50,006 bases of DNA, from positions 1 to 50,006 of IMG/VR virus record IMGVR_UViG_3300012041_000007. One strand, given 5' to 3'. Of the stretch, positions 20,409 through 29,039 are shown in pieces (positions within the stretch are counted from its first letter, which is position 1; every line of letters begins with the position of its first letter). Origin of the DNA: a virus (taxonomy: Duplodnaviria; Caudoviricetes). The position numbers were made by a program, and so were the translations under genes. The notes beneath the pieces were generated by a model. It had not been told where the DNA came from. It saw nothing but the letters and a program-made list of their open reading frames with translations, and made no database searches.

Positions 20409-22889
20409 TTAAAACTTAAGTTTGTTTAGGTCTTTGTAATTGTCTCCATATTCAAAGTCACATGGAATCACTAATGTGTCCCGGCTCAACGAACAGGAAG
20501 AGAAATCGATAGGCATTTCCATTATCGGTTTGAGTTCCTTACAGATGTCTTTGTATTCTCCAACCGGCATGAAATAAGTGAGGCTGTCATGTGCCTCATT
20601 CACTAGCTTAATAGGGTAGTTCTTACTCTTGATACACAGAGCAGACTGAGTTAGTCTGTCTTTAACGGTTGACTGGGGAAGGAAAGCAAATGCCTCCTTA
20701 TAGAGTTGATTTCCTGGCCGGTCGAAGAATCTTCTAAGTCTACCAAAAGGATTGATGAGGGCTCTTGAGGTATCAATTGCATCCTTAACATCCTTATGGA
20801 AGATTTCCACAAGATTTGGGGTTGCTTGGTGGAATCGACTGAGGATTTGCTTTGCCGAGAATGGACTAGCTGTAAAGTTAATTCTGAATCGTCGGCAATC
20901 GGATATAATGTTTTTAAGAAATTCTCTATCTTGCATATTATAATTACCTGCATGTCTCACCTTCTTTCCGATAAATCGTTCGGGACCGTCTTTGGGCAAT
21001 CTGTCTGCTCGTTCATCAAATGCAGGAGAAAGATTAAATTCCCCACCAAACAACACAAGAGCAGCAGTACGGCGATGAATGTCAATGGTATCGAACGCAT
21101 TTAGGAGTCTCTCATCTCTACTGAGTAATGCAACAATTCTCGCTTCAGCCTGACTAAGGTCGATGTTAACGATAATAAATCCTGGGTCAGCAATAAGCAT
21201 CCGTCTAATGTCTTGTCCAGCGTCCCTCTCATCTCCTTGCTTAGTAAGTGTTTTAAAAGCGAATCCAACTTTGTAAGGTCTAGCGGGAGGGTCCAATGTA
21301 CTGTCTGAACTTCTTCCCGTTTCAGTCCCAACGATTCTAATTTGTGTTCGCATTCTTCCATCAATATCTGGGAGTGCGTATAGATACGTTGAAAGAGTCT
21401 TATTGACTCTTCGTATTTCGAGAATGTTCTGTAGTACTGAACGGTAGGATTCATCTTTAACCCTGTCTTTCAACATCTTTGATATTGCGTCTTCATTGGT
21501 AGATAGTTCTTTGTCAACCGGACGAAGTTTCATTTGTTCGTATAGTAATTCCTTAACTTGCTTAGGACTGTTGTAGTTAATCTCTCTGCCTACTGATACT
21601 TCTAGTCTAATCTTAAGCATCTCTGCCCAAGCCTGATACTTAGCAATCAGGTATCCCTTTACCCCTTCATCAACTCTGAATCCGACCTTTTCCATTCCGA
21701 AGTAGAGGTCATGGAGTTTGGTAATGTAGTTGTAATAGAACCCTTTGAGATCTGTTTTGTAAAGGTCAGACAATACATCCAATTCAATCTCTTGGGCTTC
21801 GTCAACCTCACAATCCACCGCGGAATCCTTAGCATTATATAGAAACCATCTATCAATACTATGTTTTCCGAAAACAAACTCCTTGCCTTCATCCTTATAA
21901 TATGGCTCCCTTGTCCAGATGCTTCCGAGGAATGCCAAACCAACGTAAGGTATTTCTGGATTAATGGTATGTGCTTTAAGGGATGTATCACTCTTTAATC
22001 CTTTGAACTTGAAGCCAAGCATCTCCATCTTCTGCTGGTCAAACTTAAAGTTCTGACCGGCCACCATCTTATTCCTAAACAGCTTATCAAGTATCTGCCA
22101 GATATATGCTAAGTCTCCAGTTGGAATTGAACAGAGTTCATATCTTCCTACTCTTTGGAAGAGGGGGATTGAGATGGCTTCCCATCGATTAAAAGCAATG
22201 CTAATACATCCTGGTATTGTTGACTCAATTGTTTCAATGTCTGCAAAAACTCTGTCCGTTTGTTTATGGGAGCGCTCAATAAATCGTGATACATCAACGC
22301 TATTTCTTGCAATAGTGAGTGACCTTTCAGGTAATGAGAAGCCCACGCTCTTCGATTCATCGATTGCCCTTTTGATGTCAAGTGCTACCACCCATTTCCA
22401 TACGTAAGAGAACATCCCTTTACTTGCATCATGATCTTCTGACTCATCACTCGACCTTACTAGATGGCCCGGATGAATCGTACCTACTACTTTACAATCT
22501 CCGACCTGAGACGGGAGAATAGATCCCCTATAGTTGAGATACTTACTAACTCCAGTAACCGTCTCAAGTGCGACAGGCCCAACAGCAAGTATACAGTTAG
22601 GATTAATAGATAGTATTTCCTTGTAGAGTCTTTCCTTTTCTTCCTCTTCATCACAAACCGTCTTGACCTGTTTAGCATCGTTGAAGGGAGGTTTGTAACG
22701 GTATACATAGGTTAACCAGAACTCTGTTCTCCAACTAGGATAGCCTAAGTCGTTAAAGATTCTATCTAGTAACTCTCCGCCTGCACCATTGAAAGGTTTC
22801 TGTAACCGGTCGTCTGATTGATTTGGAAAGTCACCTAATACTATCAGCTTACTATATGGATTCCCTTGCCCGCTTACCATGTTAGGCAT
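20409..22889 (-). CDS. polA: Family A DNA polymerase with N-terminal uracil-DNA glycosylase-like domain and 3'-5' exonuclease
   Basis: GQGNPYSKLIVLGDFP...PFNG...HPG (UDG family 4-like); ADIET, GQNFKFD, YNAKD (exo I-III); TETGRSS, DLSQAEAR, HDS (pol motifs). Confidence 0.93.
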   Translation of the reverse strand: MPNMVSGQGNPYSKLIVLGDFPNQSDDRLQKPFNGAGGELLDRIFNDLGYPSWRTEFWLTYVYRYKPPFNDAKQVKTVCDEEEEKERLYKEILSINPNCILAVGPVALETVTGVSKYLNYRGSILPSQVGDCKVVGTIHPGHLVRSSDESEDHDASKGMFSYVWKWVVALDIKRAIDESKSVGFSLPERSLTIARNSVDVSRFIERSHKQTDRVFADIETIESTIPGCISIAFNRWEAISIPLFQRVGRYELCSIPTGDLAYIWQILDKLFRNKMVAGQNFKFDQQKMEMLGFKFKGLKSDTSLKAHTINPEIPYVGLAFLGSIWTREPYYKDEGKEFVFGKHSIDRWFLYNAKDSAVDCEVDEAQEIELDVLSDLYKTDLKGFYYNYITKLHDLYFGMEKVGFRVDEGVKGYLIAKYQAWAEMLKIRLEVSVGREINYNSPKQVKELLYEQMKLRPVDKELSTNEDAISKMLKDRVKDESYRSVLQNILEIRRVNKTLSTYLYALPDIDGRMRTQIRIVGTETGRSSDSTLDPPARPYKVGFAFKTLTKQGDERDAGQDIRRMLIADPGFIIVNIDLSQAEARIVALLSRDERLLNAFDTIDIHRRTAALVLFGGEFNLSPAFDERADRLPKDGPERFIGKKVRHAGNYNMQDREFLKNIISDCRRFRINFTASPFSAKQILSRFHQATPNLVEIFHKDVKDAIDTSRALINPFGRLRRFFDRPGNQLYKEAFAFLPQSTVKDRLTQSALCIKSKNYPIKLVNEAHDSLTYFMPVGEYKDICKELKPIMEMPIDFSSCSLSRDTLVIPCDFEYGDNYKDLNKLKF

Positions 22890-22890
22890 C

Positions 22891-23418
22891 TTATTGTGCT
22901 TCTTCTCCTATCCACTTATCTTGTTCTTTCTTTAATGCCTCTTGTAATAACTTATTCTCTTTAGTCAGCCGGTCGATTTCCGCGAGGGCGGCGTCTCGCT
23001 GGGTTCTCGCCTCGATCAATTCAGCAGCCATCTCTGCCACGCCAGCGCATCCGGTCAAGGTTAAGGCGCGTTGAACGGTGGGCGAGACGACAGGATTCCA
23101 CGGTGCGTTCATTGATGCCTTGCGGTGCGTCTCGGTGAATGGCGCGTCGGTCATGGCGTCACCATCTTCGGGATGGGCAATCTCAAACAGTCCATCTAAA
23201 TGCTTTCGCATGTCTTCATTCTCTTTCGTCAGCCGTGCCATCTCGGCATTATAATCTTTCTTCGCAATACATTCAGTATTTTCACATGCCTTCGCTACCA
23301 CTCGCAGTTCATCTCTCTCCTTTCTTAGTTCCTCATGTGAATCACAGAGTAACTCGATGTGACTGTTCTTAGCACTACTCCGCTTAAACATTTTTACTTT
23401 GTCTTCTGAGTAAATCAT
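22891..23418 (-). CDS. Hypothetical coiled-coil protein, mosaic
   Basis: N-terminus duplicated in 23718..24080; GC-rich middle. Confidence 0.7.
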   Translation of the reverse strand: MIYSEDKVKMFKRSSAKNSHIELLCDSHEELRKERDELRVVAKACENTECIAKKDYNAEMARLTKENEDMRKHLDGLFEIAHPEDGDAMTDAPFTETHRKASMNAPWNPVVSPTVQRALTLTGCAGVAEMAAELIEARTQRDAALAEIDRLTKENKLLQEALKKEQDKWIGEEAQ

Positions 23419-23421
23419 TCC

Positions 23422-23712
23422 TTAATCTCCTATCTGAAAGGGACAATTCTTGCTGCAAGGTTCTGCCTGTTCTGTTGTGGGCGTATTGTGGTCGCCGTAG
23501 TCCACCTGCTTGAGTGACCCACAACTGCGACATCTGAACTTCCCATACCCAAGATTCTCGTACTGAAACATCCGCAGTTTGATCACTCGCGTACGCAGCC
23601 GCTCGATCTCTTTGAGTGCCGCATGGGCTGCTTGCTGTCCGAAGTACGGATTGCGTGGATTGGCAATCTTCGTTAGCGTCTCGCGGTGCGTCTCGGGGAA
23701 CTCATTACTCAT
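23422..23712 (-). CDS. Hypothetical protein with Cys motif
   Basis: AGGAG SD; CRSC...CSKNC; GC-rich body. Confidence 0.7.
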   Translation of the reverse strand: MSNEFPETHRETLTKIANPRNPYFGQQAAHAALKEIERLRTRVIKLRMFQYENLGYGKFRCRSCGSLKQVDYGDHNTPTTEQAEPCSKNCPFQIGD

Positions 23713-23717
23713 AATAC

Positions 23718-24080
23718 TTACTCCTTAACTGTCTCTCTCACTGTAGCTTTCTCTAATACTAAGACTCTAACTCTCTCAAGAAGATAGTCTCTCTCCTTTC
23801 TTAGTTCCTCATGTGAATCACAAAGGTGTTCAATGTGACTGTTCTTAGCAGTAGCCTGTCTAAATGATTTGACTTGCTCTGACGAGTAGATCATTGTTGT
23901 TTGTCTCCCAGTATTTAACCATTCTGCATACTCTTGTAGCTTTAGTTCTGCTAGTTCTTTTGTTTCATATGGACCGTAGCATTGTGATTCTGTTTCATCC
24001 CAAAAGTACCAGCCGGGTCCATCAAATCCTTGTGCATCGGCATCATGCCAATCCTTACCATGTGCATAATAGTAAACCAC
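23718..24080 (-). CDS. Hypothetical protein
   Basis: GGAGGA SD before GTG; GWYFWDE motif. Confidence 0.7.
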   Translation of the reverse strand: MVYYYAHGKDWHDADAQGFDGPGWYFWDETESQCYGPYETKELAELKLQEYAEWLNTGRQTTMIYSSEQVKSFRQATAKNSHIEHLCDSHEELRKERDYLLERVRVLVLEKATVRETVKE

Positions 24081-24503
24081 TCAATCCTCCAGACCCCAAC
24101 AGTATCCATTGGGACTAATAACAAATACTTCCTTCTCATTCTGAATGGCATAGCGAATAGTCTTCCATGCCGGAGAGTCTTCATACTCATTGAAGATTTG
24201 TGGAATACCTACAATGATTCCACATTCATCAATCATCCTCTTGTTACGTTCCCTCAATGGAAGGGAAGGATTAATCTTCTTAGCTCCATTGAACTTCTCT
24301 ACTTCTCCATTGTTACCTGCATGTGGATAAACTTCAACTTCAAATCCTTGACCCATTAACGTTAAGAACAAATCGTAGTCTGCATCGTCCCCACCTACAA
24401 TGAATGAGTGGGTATCCTTATGGAAGGTTGGAAGCAATTGCCTGAAAGCTTCTAACTGTTTGCGGGTAATGTCAAACCGGCTGGTAACTACTGAAATTTT
24501 CAT
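24081..24503 (-). CDS. SLOG-superfamily (YspA/DprA-like Rossmann) nucleotide-binding protein
   Basis: GGDDAD, RERNKRMIDEC and SPAWKTIRYA...KEVFVI patterns. Confidence 0.65.
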   Translation of the reverse strand: MKISVVTSRFDITRKQLEAFRQLLPTFHKDTHSFIVGGDDADYDLFLTLMGQGFEVEVYPHAGNNGEVEKFNGAKKINPSLPLRERNKRMIDECGIIVGIPQIFNEYEDSPAWKTIRYAIQNEKEVFVISPNGYCWGLED

Positions 24504-24802
24504 GATTCTAAAAACCTTCTCATTTTGTTTTTCTTCATTAGGTACAGGTAAGCTTCGTTTCTATTTCTACATCGTGATACTTCTGGATAGGTCTTAAGTC
24601 CTTTTGCTATGATTGAACTAACACCTATCCAGCTTTTACTCTTGTTGGTAATCTTAGCCATCGATCGTACAGTTGTGGACTTACCGGCACTATTGAGCTT
24701 GTCCATCAACTCAGTAAGAGTATTGATTTCAAGAACCCAATCTTTAGGTTCTCTTAGAGTTCTGATTAACTCATTAAGTCTTTCGTAAGTTGATGGGTCC
24801 AT
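24500..24802 (-). CDS. HTH-like DNA-binding protein (start revised to ATG 24802)
   Basis: TVRSMAKITNKSKSWI helix-turn-helix; the longer track ORF runs through the tRNA. Confidence 0.6.
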   Translation of the reverse strand: MDPSTYERLNELIRTLREPKDWVLEINTLTELMDKLNSAGKSTTVRSMAKITNKSKSWIGVSSIIAKGLKTYPEVSRCRNRNEAYLYLMKKNKMRRFLES

Positions 24803-24804
24803 AA

Positions 24805-24951
24805 CTATGCAGGCCAGGGAATCATTGAAGCAGTCAGAAACGCTAGACCTGCTGCAACTAACCGTTGTTGGTAAGGTGCTCCTAATGGTAGTGCTGCAAT
24901 TGTAAAGCATACAAACGCAAACACTAGTAGTAACAGTTGAAGTATCTTCAT
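24805..24951 (-). CDS. 48-aa two-TM membrane protein, holin-like (MKILQLLLLVFAFVCFTIAALPLGAPYQQRLVAAGLAFLTASMIPWPA); not in ORF track
   Basis: AAGGAG SD 8 nt before ATG; two hydrophobic stretches; fills the gap between tRNA and next gene. Confidence 0.7.
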   Translation of the reverse strand: MKILQLLLLVFAFVCFTIAALPLGAPYQQRLVAAGLAFLTASMIPWPA

Positions 24952-24970
24952 TGCCTTTTCTCCTTGGTAA

Positions 24971-25052
24971 TGGGATCGATGGGAGTCGAACCCATATGGT
25001 TTGCACCGTTGGATTTTAAGTCCAATGCGTATACCTGTTCCGCCACGATCCC
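24971..25052 (-). tRNA. tRNA-Leu(UAA)
   Basis: Acceptor GGGATCG/CGATCCC plus A; anticodon arm TTGGA-CTTAAAA-TCCAA; long variable arm; T arm ATGGG-TTCGACT-CCCAT; CCA not encoded directly. Confidence 0.93.
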
Positions 25053-25058
25053 AATTAA

Positions 25059-25244
25059 CTAGTCAGCTCTCTCTGCGTAGATTCTCTCTAATATTTCTAA
25101 TTGTTTTTCACTAAGAGAACCACGCTTAGTAAACTGTTCTTTAACAGACTCTACGAAATCTTCTTCCCACTTTGATAGGTTTACACCAGTTTCTTCAATA
25201 GATTTAAACCACTCTTCTACTAGTTTCTTTTGATTCTCTTCCAT
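25059..25244 (-). CDS. Hypothetical protein
   Basis: LSKWEEDFVES...LSEKQLEILERI, a common small phage protein pattern; TAATG coupling. Confidence 0.75.
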   Translation of the reverse strand: MEENQKKLVEEWFKSIEETGVNLSKWEEDFVESVKEQFTKRGSLSEKQLEILERIYAERAD

Positions 25245-25459
25245 TAGACAAGTCCATTAAGAACGATGGAAGCATTAGCAGTCATTACTGCTTCTCTAAT
25301 CTTACGGATTGCTGTTGTCCTATCGGCTGAAGCTGGACATTCATTAAGGATACAAAGAACTAGAATTTTTGCAGTATCCCTAATAGCTTTGAGGCTTTCA
25401 ATTTGTTCTTCACTTGGTGCATGATACTTAAACACTTCATCAACTTGTGCTTTTTCCAT
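25244..25459 (-). CDS. Acb2/Tad1-like helical hairpin protein (candidate immune-signal sponge); start revised to 25459
   Basis: FKYHAPSEEQ...CPASADRTTAIRKIREAVMTANASI pattern; GAGGA SD 6 nt before ATG. Confidence 0.6.
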   Translation of the reverse strand: MEKAQVDEVFKYHAPSEEQIESLKAIRDTAKILVLCILNECPASADRTTAIRKIREAVMTANASIVLNGLV

Positions 25460-25724
25460 TTTCATTCCTCTTTTCATGATGTAGTCCCACTGTTTTGAAG
25501 TGAAACTACTTACTTCATCGTAGTAAATTATCTTCATATCCTTTAAAGAGGGAACAATCTGTTTGGGTGTCCCGGCCCAGTTAATAGCCACGGTCTTTAA
25601 CTATTAACTACCTATTGTTCCCTCATTAAAAGATACTCGATGGAGTTTAGGCGCCTCAGCCTAATCTTTTATTCAAGCGGTTGGCGATTCCGAGTGTATT
25701 GCCAACCATCCATTTCTTACTCAC

Positions 25725-26126
25725 CTATTCGCTAGGAATCGGAGCATAGTCATCAATCTGATTGACAGGCTTGTTGTTGTACGTTCCACGAACCCAATGA
25801 GCAAGGAACTTCTTTCCAATCATTGTCCCTTTGGAAAGCTTAACGCTAAAGCTTCCATTGGGATTCTGTGGAAACCCACAAGCCTTCATCAGAGGAGTAG
25901 ACATTACTGTCACCTTCTCACTGAAGTAGATGAAGGGATTCTCCAAGCCTTTGAACTCACCTGCAAACACACGCAGAGTAAGATGAAGGTTCTTGGAATC
26001 ACCAGACTTTGAATCAATAATCTCAAAGTCTACGATTTCAGTGGGCAACCACGATGGAGCATCAACAAGACGGTTCTTGCTAATGTCATCTTCGGAAATG
26101 TTCCAGACAATGCTATCGTCAGCCAT
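25725..26126 (-). CDS. Putative single-stranded DNA-binding protein (DUF669-like)
   Basis: SKSGDSKNLHLTLRV...MIGK...GTYNNKPVNQI OB-like pattern; downstream of Sak4-like gene; AAGGTG SD. Confidence 0.55.
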   Translation of the reverse strand: MADDSIVWNISEDDISKNRLVDAPSWLPTEIVDFEIIDSKSGDSKNLHLTLRVFAGEFKGLENPFIYFSEKVTVMSTPLMKACGFPQNPNGSFSVKLSKGTMIGKKFLAHWVRGTYNNKPVNQIDDYAPIPSE

Positions 26127-26166
26127 GTTATTCACCTTTACTTTGTGCCTCTTTGTAATGGGCACC

Positions 26167-26397
26167 TTACTTTACCTCTGCCCCCGGAATTGGGTGACTA
26201 GAGGTAATCTTTTTCTTACCTGTTATCTTTACTACAGATCTATTTCCTTTTTTCCAAGTGACATGAACTTCACTTTCTGGAAATAAAATCTTTTCTTTAT
26301 TGATACATTCAGGACACACAAGTATTGCCCTGATTACAGAATCATCTGGTAGTTCTGAGCTTACTGATTTCCTACAGAACCAACAAGGGTATCTCAC
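26167..26397 (-). CDS. Small Zn-finger protein
   Basis: CWFC...CPEC. Confidence 0.55.
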   Translation of the reverse strand: MRYPCWFCRKSVSSELPDDSVIRAILVCPECINKEKILFPESEVHVTWKKGNRSVVKITGKKKITSSHPIPGAEVK

Positions 26398-27182
26398 AGG
26401 TAATCCTTTACTAGGTCATAAAGATTCTTGTCAGTGTAATCCATTTCCCTAGGAACTTTGAGTGCGGTCTTTGCTTCCATGTAGTCTTCACTTGGACCAG
26501 TATAGCAAGTCCTTTTGATATGCTCAATTCCCTTATCGTCACTCTCTACTTTGTAACCGAAGTACCATACCTCATCGAAGTAGGTAGGGATAATTGATTC
26601 AATCTTAGGACCAAAGGTAACGATTGAAGTATACCTGGAACCTTTCTTGTTCTTATCAATTGCAGTTCGTTGAACCGGATGGGCAGTAACAAACAGATTG
26701 CACTGTAAACTCTTGAGTGTTTCAAGAAGAGTACTAATAATCATAGCCTCTCCATTAAACTCATCCCAAGTAGGAACCATAATTCCACCGGCAGTAACCT
26801 TATTACCGGGAGAATCCTTACCAGTCCAATTAGAGAAGGAACCTTTGGCAAGCATCTGCATTACTACTGTAGTAGTGGTCAAGCTGGTAATCCCATCCAG
26901 AATAATGTTCTGGTAAGGATTGTATTGAACTAGACTATTGACTAAAGGTTTGAACTTAGTCCAGAAATTCTCCGGTCCAATAATCTCTGCAACAAAATCT
27001 CCAGCCTTTACCCTTTCACTATACCAATCAATGACAGGTCTATGTCTACCGTCAAAGTCAATGATGAGAGTCTTACCGGGCCAACTACTAGCTGCAATAG
27101 TTTTACCTCTACCCGTTGGACCTACGAAAAGAGCACGAAAGAATCTATCATATGTCTCACTGTTCAGGTTTGGCATCTTCAT
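26394..27182 (-). CDS. AAA_24 / Sak4-like ATPase (recombinase)
   Basis: GPTGRGKT Walker A, IIDFD, IILDGIT Walker B, FVTAH, YFDEV, AKT. Confidence 0.8.
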   Translation of the reverse strand: MKMPNLNSETYDRFFRALFVGPTGRGKTIAASSWPGKTLIIDFDGRHRPVIDWYSERVKAGDFVAEIIGPENFWTKFKPLVNSLVQYNPYQNIILDGITSLTTTTVVMQMLAKGSFSNWTGKDSPGNKVTAGGIMVPTWDEFNGEAMIISTLLETLKSLQCNLFVTAHPVQRTAIDKNKKGSRYTSIVTFGPKIESIIPTYFDEVWYFGYKVESDDKGIEHIKRTCYTGPSEDYMEAKTALKVPREMDYTDKNLYDLVKDYL

Positions 27183-27429
27183 CCTTTAGATAAGCTACAT
27201 ATTCAAAGTATAGTATTACTTGATGACCATGCTTCAATACTATCTGTCCTTCCTCTGTCTCTAAGAATGGAACCACACAAGCTCTGTGTAAGTAAGCATC
27301 CCATTCCTCACACCACATTAAGTCTTTCTCTTCTACGTTCTTACCACATAGAAAGCAATCATGTTCTGGATGTTCATTAAAGTATTTCTTTATCTCACTA
27401 GTAGCAGGCCAGATGCCACCGCAAGGCAT
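27157..27429 (-). CDS. Hypothetical Zn-binding protein
   Basis: CFLC...HRAC; AAGGAG SD. Confidence 0.65.
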   Translation of the reverse strand: MPCGGIWPATSEIKKYFNEHPEHDCFLCGKNVEEKDLMWCEEWDAYLHRACVVPFLETEEGQIVLKHGHQVILYFEYVAYLKDEDAKPEQ

Positions 27430-27581
27430 CAGTCTTTCTCCTTATGATTAATAGACTTATCTCTACCTTCTCGGAAGTAATCTCTAGCATGTTCCTTACA
27501 GCATGGGATTCTTTCCTCTAACATAGCAACCGCTTTACCAGTACACTTAGTTCCGTTTGCCTTAATACCACAAGTAACCAT
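27429..27581 (-). CDS. 50-aa Cys-rich protein (MVTCGIKANGTKC...CCKEH...); not in ORF track
   Basis: GAGG SD; stop overlaps next start (TGATG); fills the gap exactly. Confidence 0.6.
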   Translation of the reverse strand: MVTCGIKANGTKCTGKAVAMLEERIPCCKEHARDYFREGRDKSINHKEKD

Positions 27582-27582
27582 A

Positions 27583-27903
27583 TTAACCTCTCGGGAGAAT
27601 AGATTGCATCAACGCATCAATTCCAGTTAAAGCTTTCTCTTTCTTTTTCTTCAAGTGAACAGGTGTCTTTGTACATTCTTCACAGTGTGGCCGGACAATG
27701 ATTCTGTCACCATGCTTTAGCTTAGACAGTTTCATAATGAATGGGTCGCCGCATCGGTTACACTCAGCCTGTTTACCATCTACTAACTCTACTCTAATGT
27801 GATGAGTACAAGTTTGTTTAGTGCAGATGTAAACTAAGTAAGGCTCCTTACCCGGATTCCTAGTTAGGTCTTTCAGTTTGTATTTGTGAGTACACTTAGC
27901 CAT
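27583..27903 (-). CDS. Cys/His-rich hypothetical protein
   Basis: CTH, CTKQTC, CNRC, CEEC. Confidence 0.7.
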   Translation of the reverse strand: MAKCTHKYKLKDLTRNPGKEPYLVYICTKQTCTHHIRVELVDGKQAECNRCGDPFIMKLSKLKHGDRIIVRPHCEECTKTPVHLKKKKEKALTGIDALMQSILPRG

Positions 27904-28804
27904 TTACTTCCGCCTCTTGTCTGTGAGCAGACCATCGTTCCCCAATATGGAAGTGGTCTTCAATCTTTCTCTTCATCTCCTGATCATTTTCGCTGTTGCA
28001 AATCTTATTGTAAGTACACTTTACACATTGAGTAACACCTGTTGGTGGTACTTTTAAGTGACTCTGCGGCCATACATTAGACTGCATACTGTGGTCAAGT
28101 ATCTTTGCCCACATGATGGTATTCTTTACCCATCTTTCCTTTACTCCATCTCCGATCGGAATAGCTACCCTCCTAAACTTTACTTCTGGCGTATACTTAT
28201 CACTCTTCTGTAGACCTACCTCATTAACATAGACTAGGTTAACATCTTCCTTGACAGCATAGCCAAGTAATTGATTGTCTAGTCCAATGTAATCTACCTT
28301 CTGTCCTCTCCACTTATGGTCAATGACTGTCTTACCAAGGACAGGAAACTCTGCAATCAAATCTATCTTGCCTTCGTAGACTATGATTAACTCATCATCC
28401 TCATAGATAACAAAGGAGAATGAGTTCTCTACTCCGAGTATCTTAATGCCATCGTGCTTGTAGTACTCGGTGTATTGGTGAAAGGTTTTAACAATCCATT
28501 CCGAGGTTTGTAAATCTAGACTAAGCTTCTGATAGTGTTCTCTTCCTACCTCAGTAGCTTTCTCTACCGCTTCATTCCATTCGTAACCTTTCTGTATTAA
28601 CTTATAGTAAACCTCTAACATAGTGTGTCCTAAGTCACCACGTTGCATTGGTTCTATTACTTCGTTAGGTCTGTAGTTTTTAACGAAGTTCAAGTAAGTG
28701 TAGAACGGACACTTCTGTATAGCATCTAAAAGCTGGGAGTCTAAGGCAAGTATTCTCTTCTCCGCTTTCTCTTGCGAATCTAAGAACGGTTCATGTAAAG
28801 TCAT
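27896..28804 (-). CDS. PD-(D/E)XK (Cas4/RecB-like) exonuclease
   Basis: CP N-terminus, GDLGH, EGKIDL, IDHK, QLLGY, C-terminal CVKC...C. Confidence 0.8.
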   Translation of the reverse strand: MTLHEPFLDSQEKAEKRILALDSQLLDAIQKCPFYTYLNFVKNYRPNEVIEPMQRGDLGHTMLEVYYKLIQKGYEWNEAVEKATEVGREHYQKLSLDLQTSEWIVKTFHQYTEYYKHDGIKILGVENSFSFVIYEDDELIIVYEGKIDLIAEFPVLGKTVIDHKWRGQKVDYIGLDNQLLGYAVKEDVNLVYVNEVGLQKSDKYTPEVKFRRVAIPIGDGVKERWVKNTIMWAKILDHSMQSNVWPQSHLKVPPTGVTQCVKCTYNKICNSENDQEMKRKIEDHFHIGERWSAHRQEAEVNG

Positions 28805-28815
28805 AGTAAGATACC

Positions 28816-28844
28816 ATCTTAGCACACTTTTCTTCGTTTGTCAA
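28816..28844 (-). promoter_or_regulatory. Sigma70-type promoter for recombination/replication genes
   Basis: TTGACA-17-TAAGAT with extended TG. Confidence 0.75.
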
Positions 28845-28847
28845 GTC

Positions 28848-29039
28848 TCATTCTTTCTCTTTGTTATCCCTTTCGAGGACTATAACTAAAGAACTCCACT
28901 TTAGATTAGGGTGTTTCTCTGTTGCATCATCGGCTGCTCTAGCTAATACAGTCCTAACACTACCAGCTATTGCTGTTCCCTTTACTGTGATTGGTTGGGA
29001 AGTTTCAAACTCAAAGGTCAAAGAGTAGTTGCATTTCAT
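28848..29039 (-). CDS. Hypothetical protein
   Basis: 63 aa, GGGGA SD. Confidence 0.6.
   Translation of the reverse strand: MKCNYSLTFEFETSQPITVKGTAIAGSVRTVLARAADDATEKHPNLKWSSLVIVLERDNKEKE

Noticed and set aside
24803-25006. N-terminal extension of track ORF 24500..25006
   Set aside because: It overlaps a clear tRNA and a better-supported 48-aa ORF with strong SD.
25627-25671. Hammerhead ribozyme
   Set aside because: Three-way junction lacks the CUGANGA and GAAA core on either strand.
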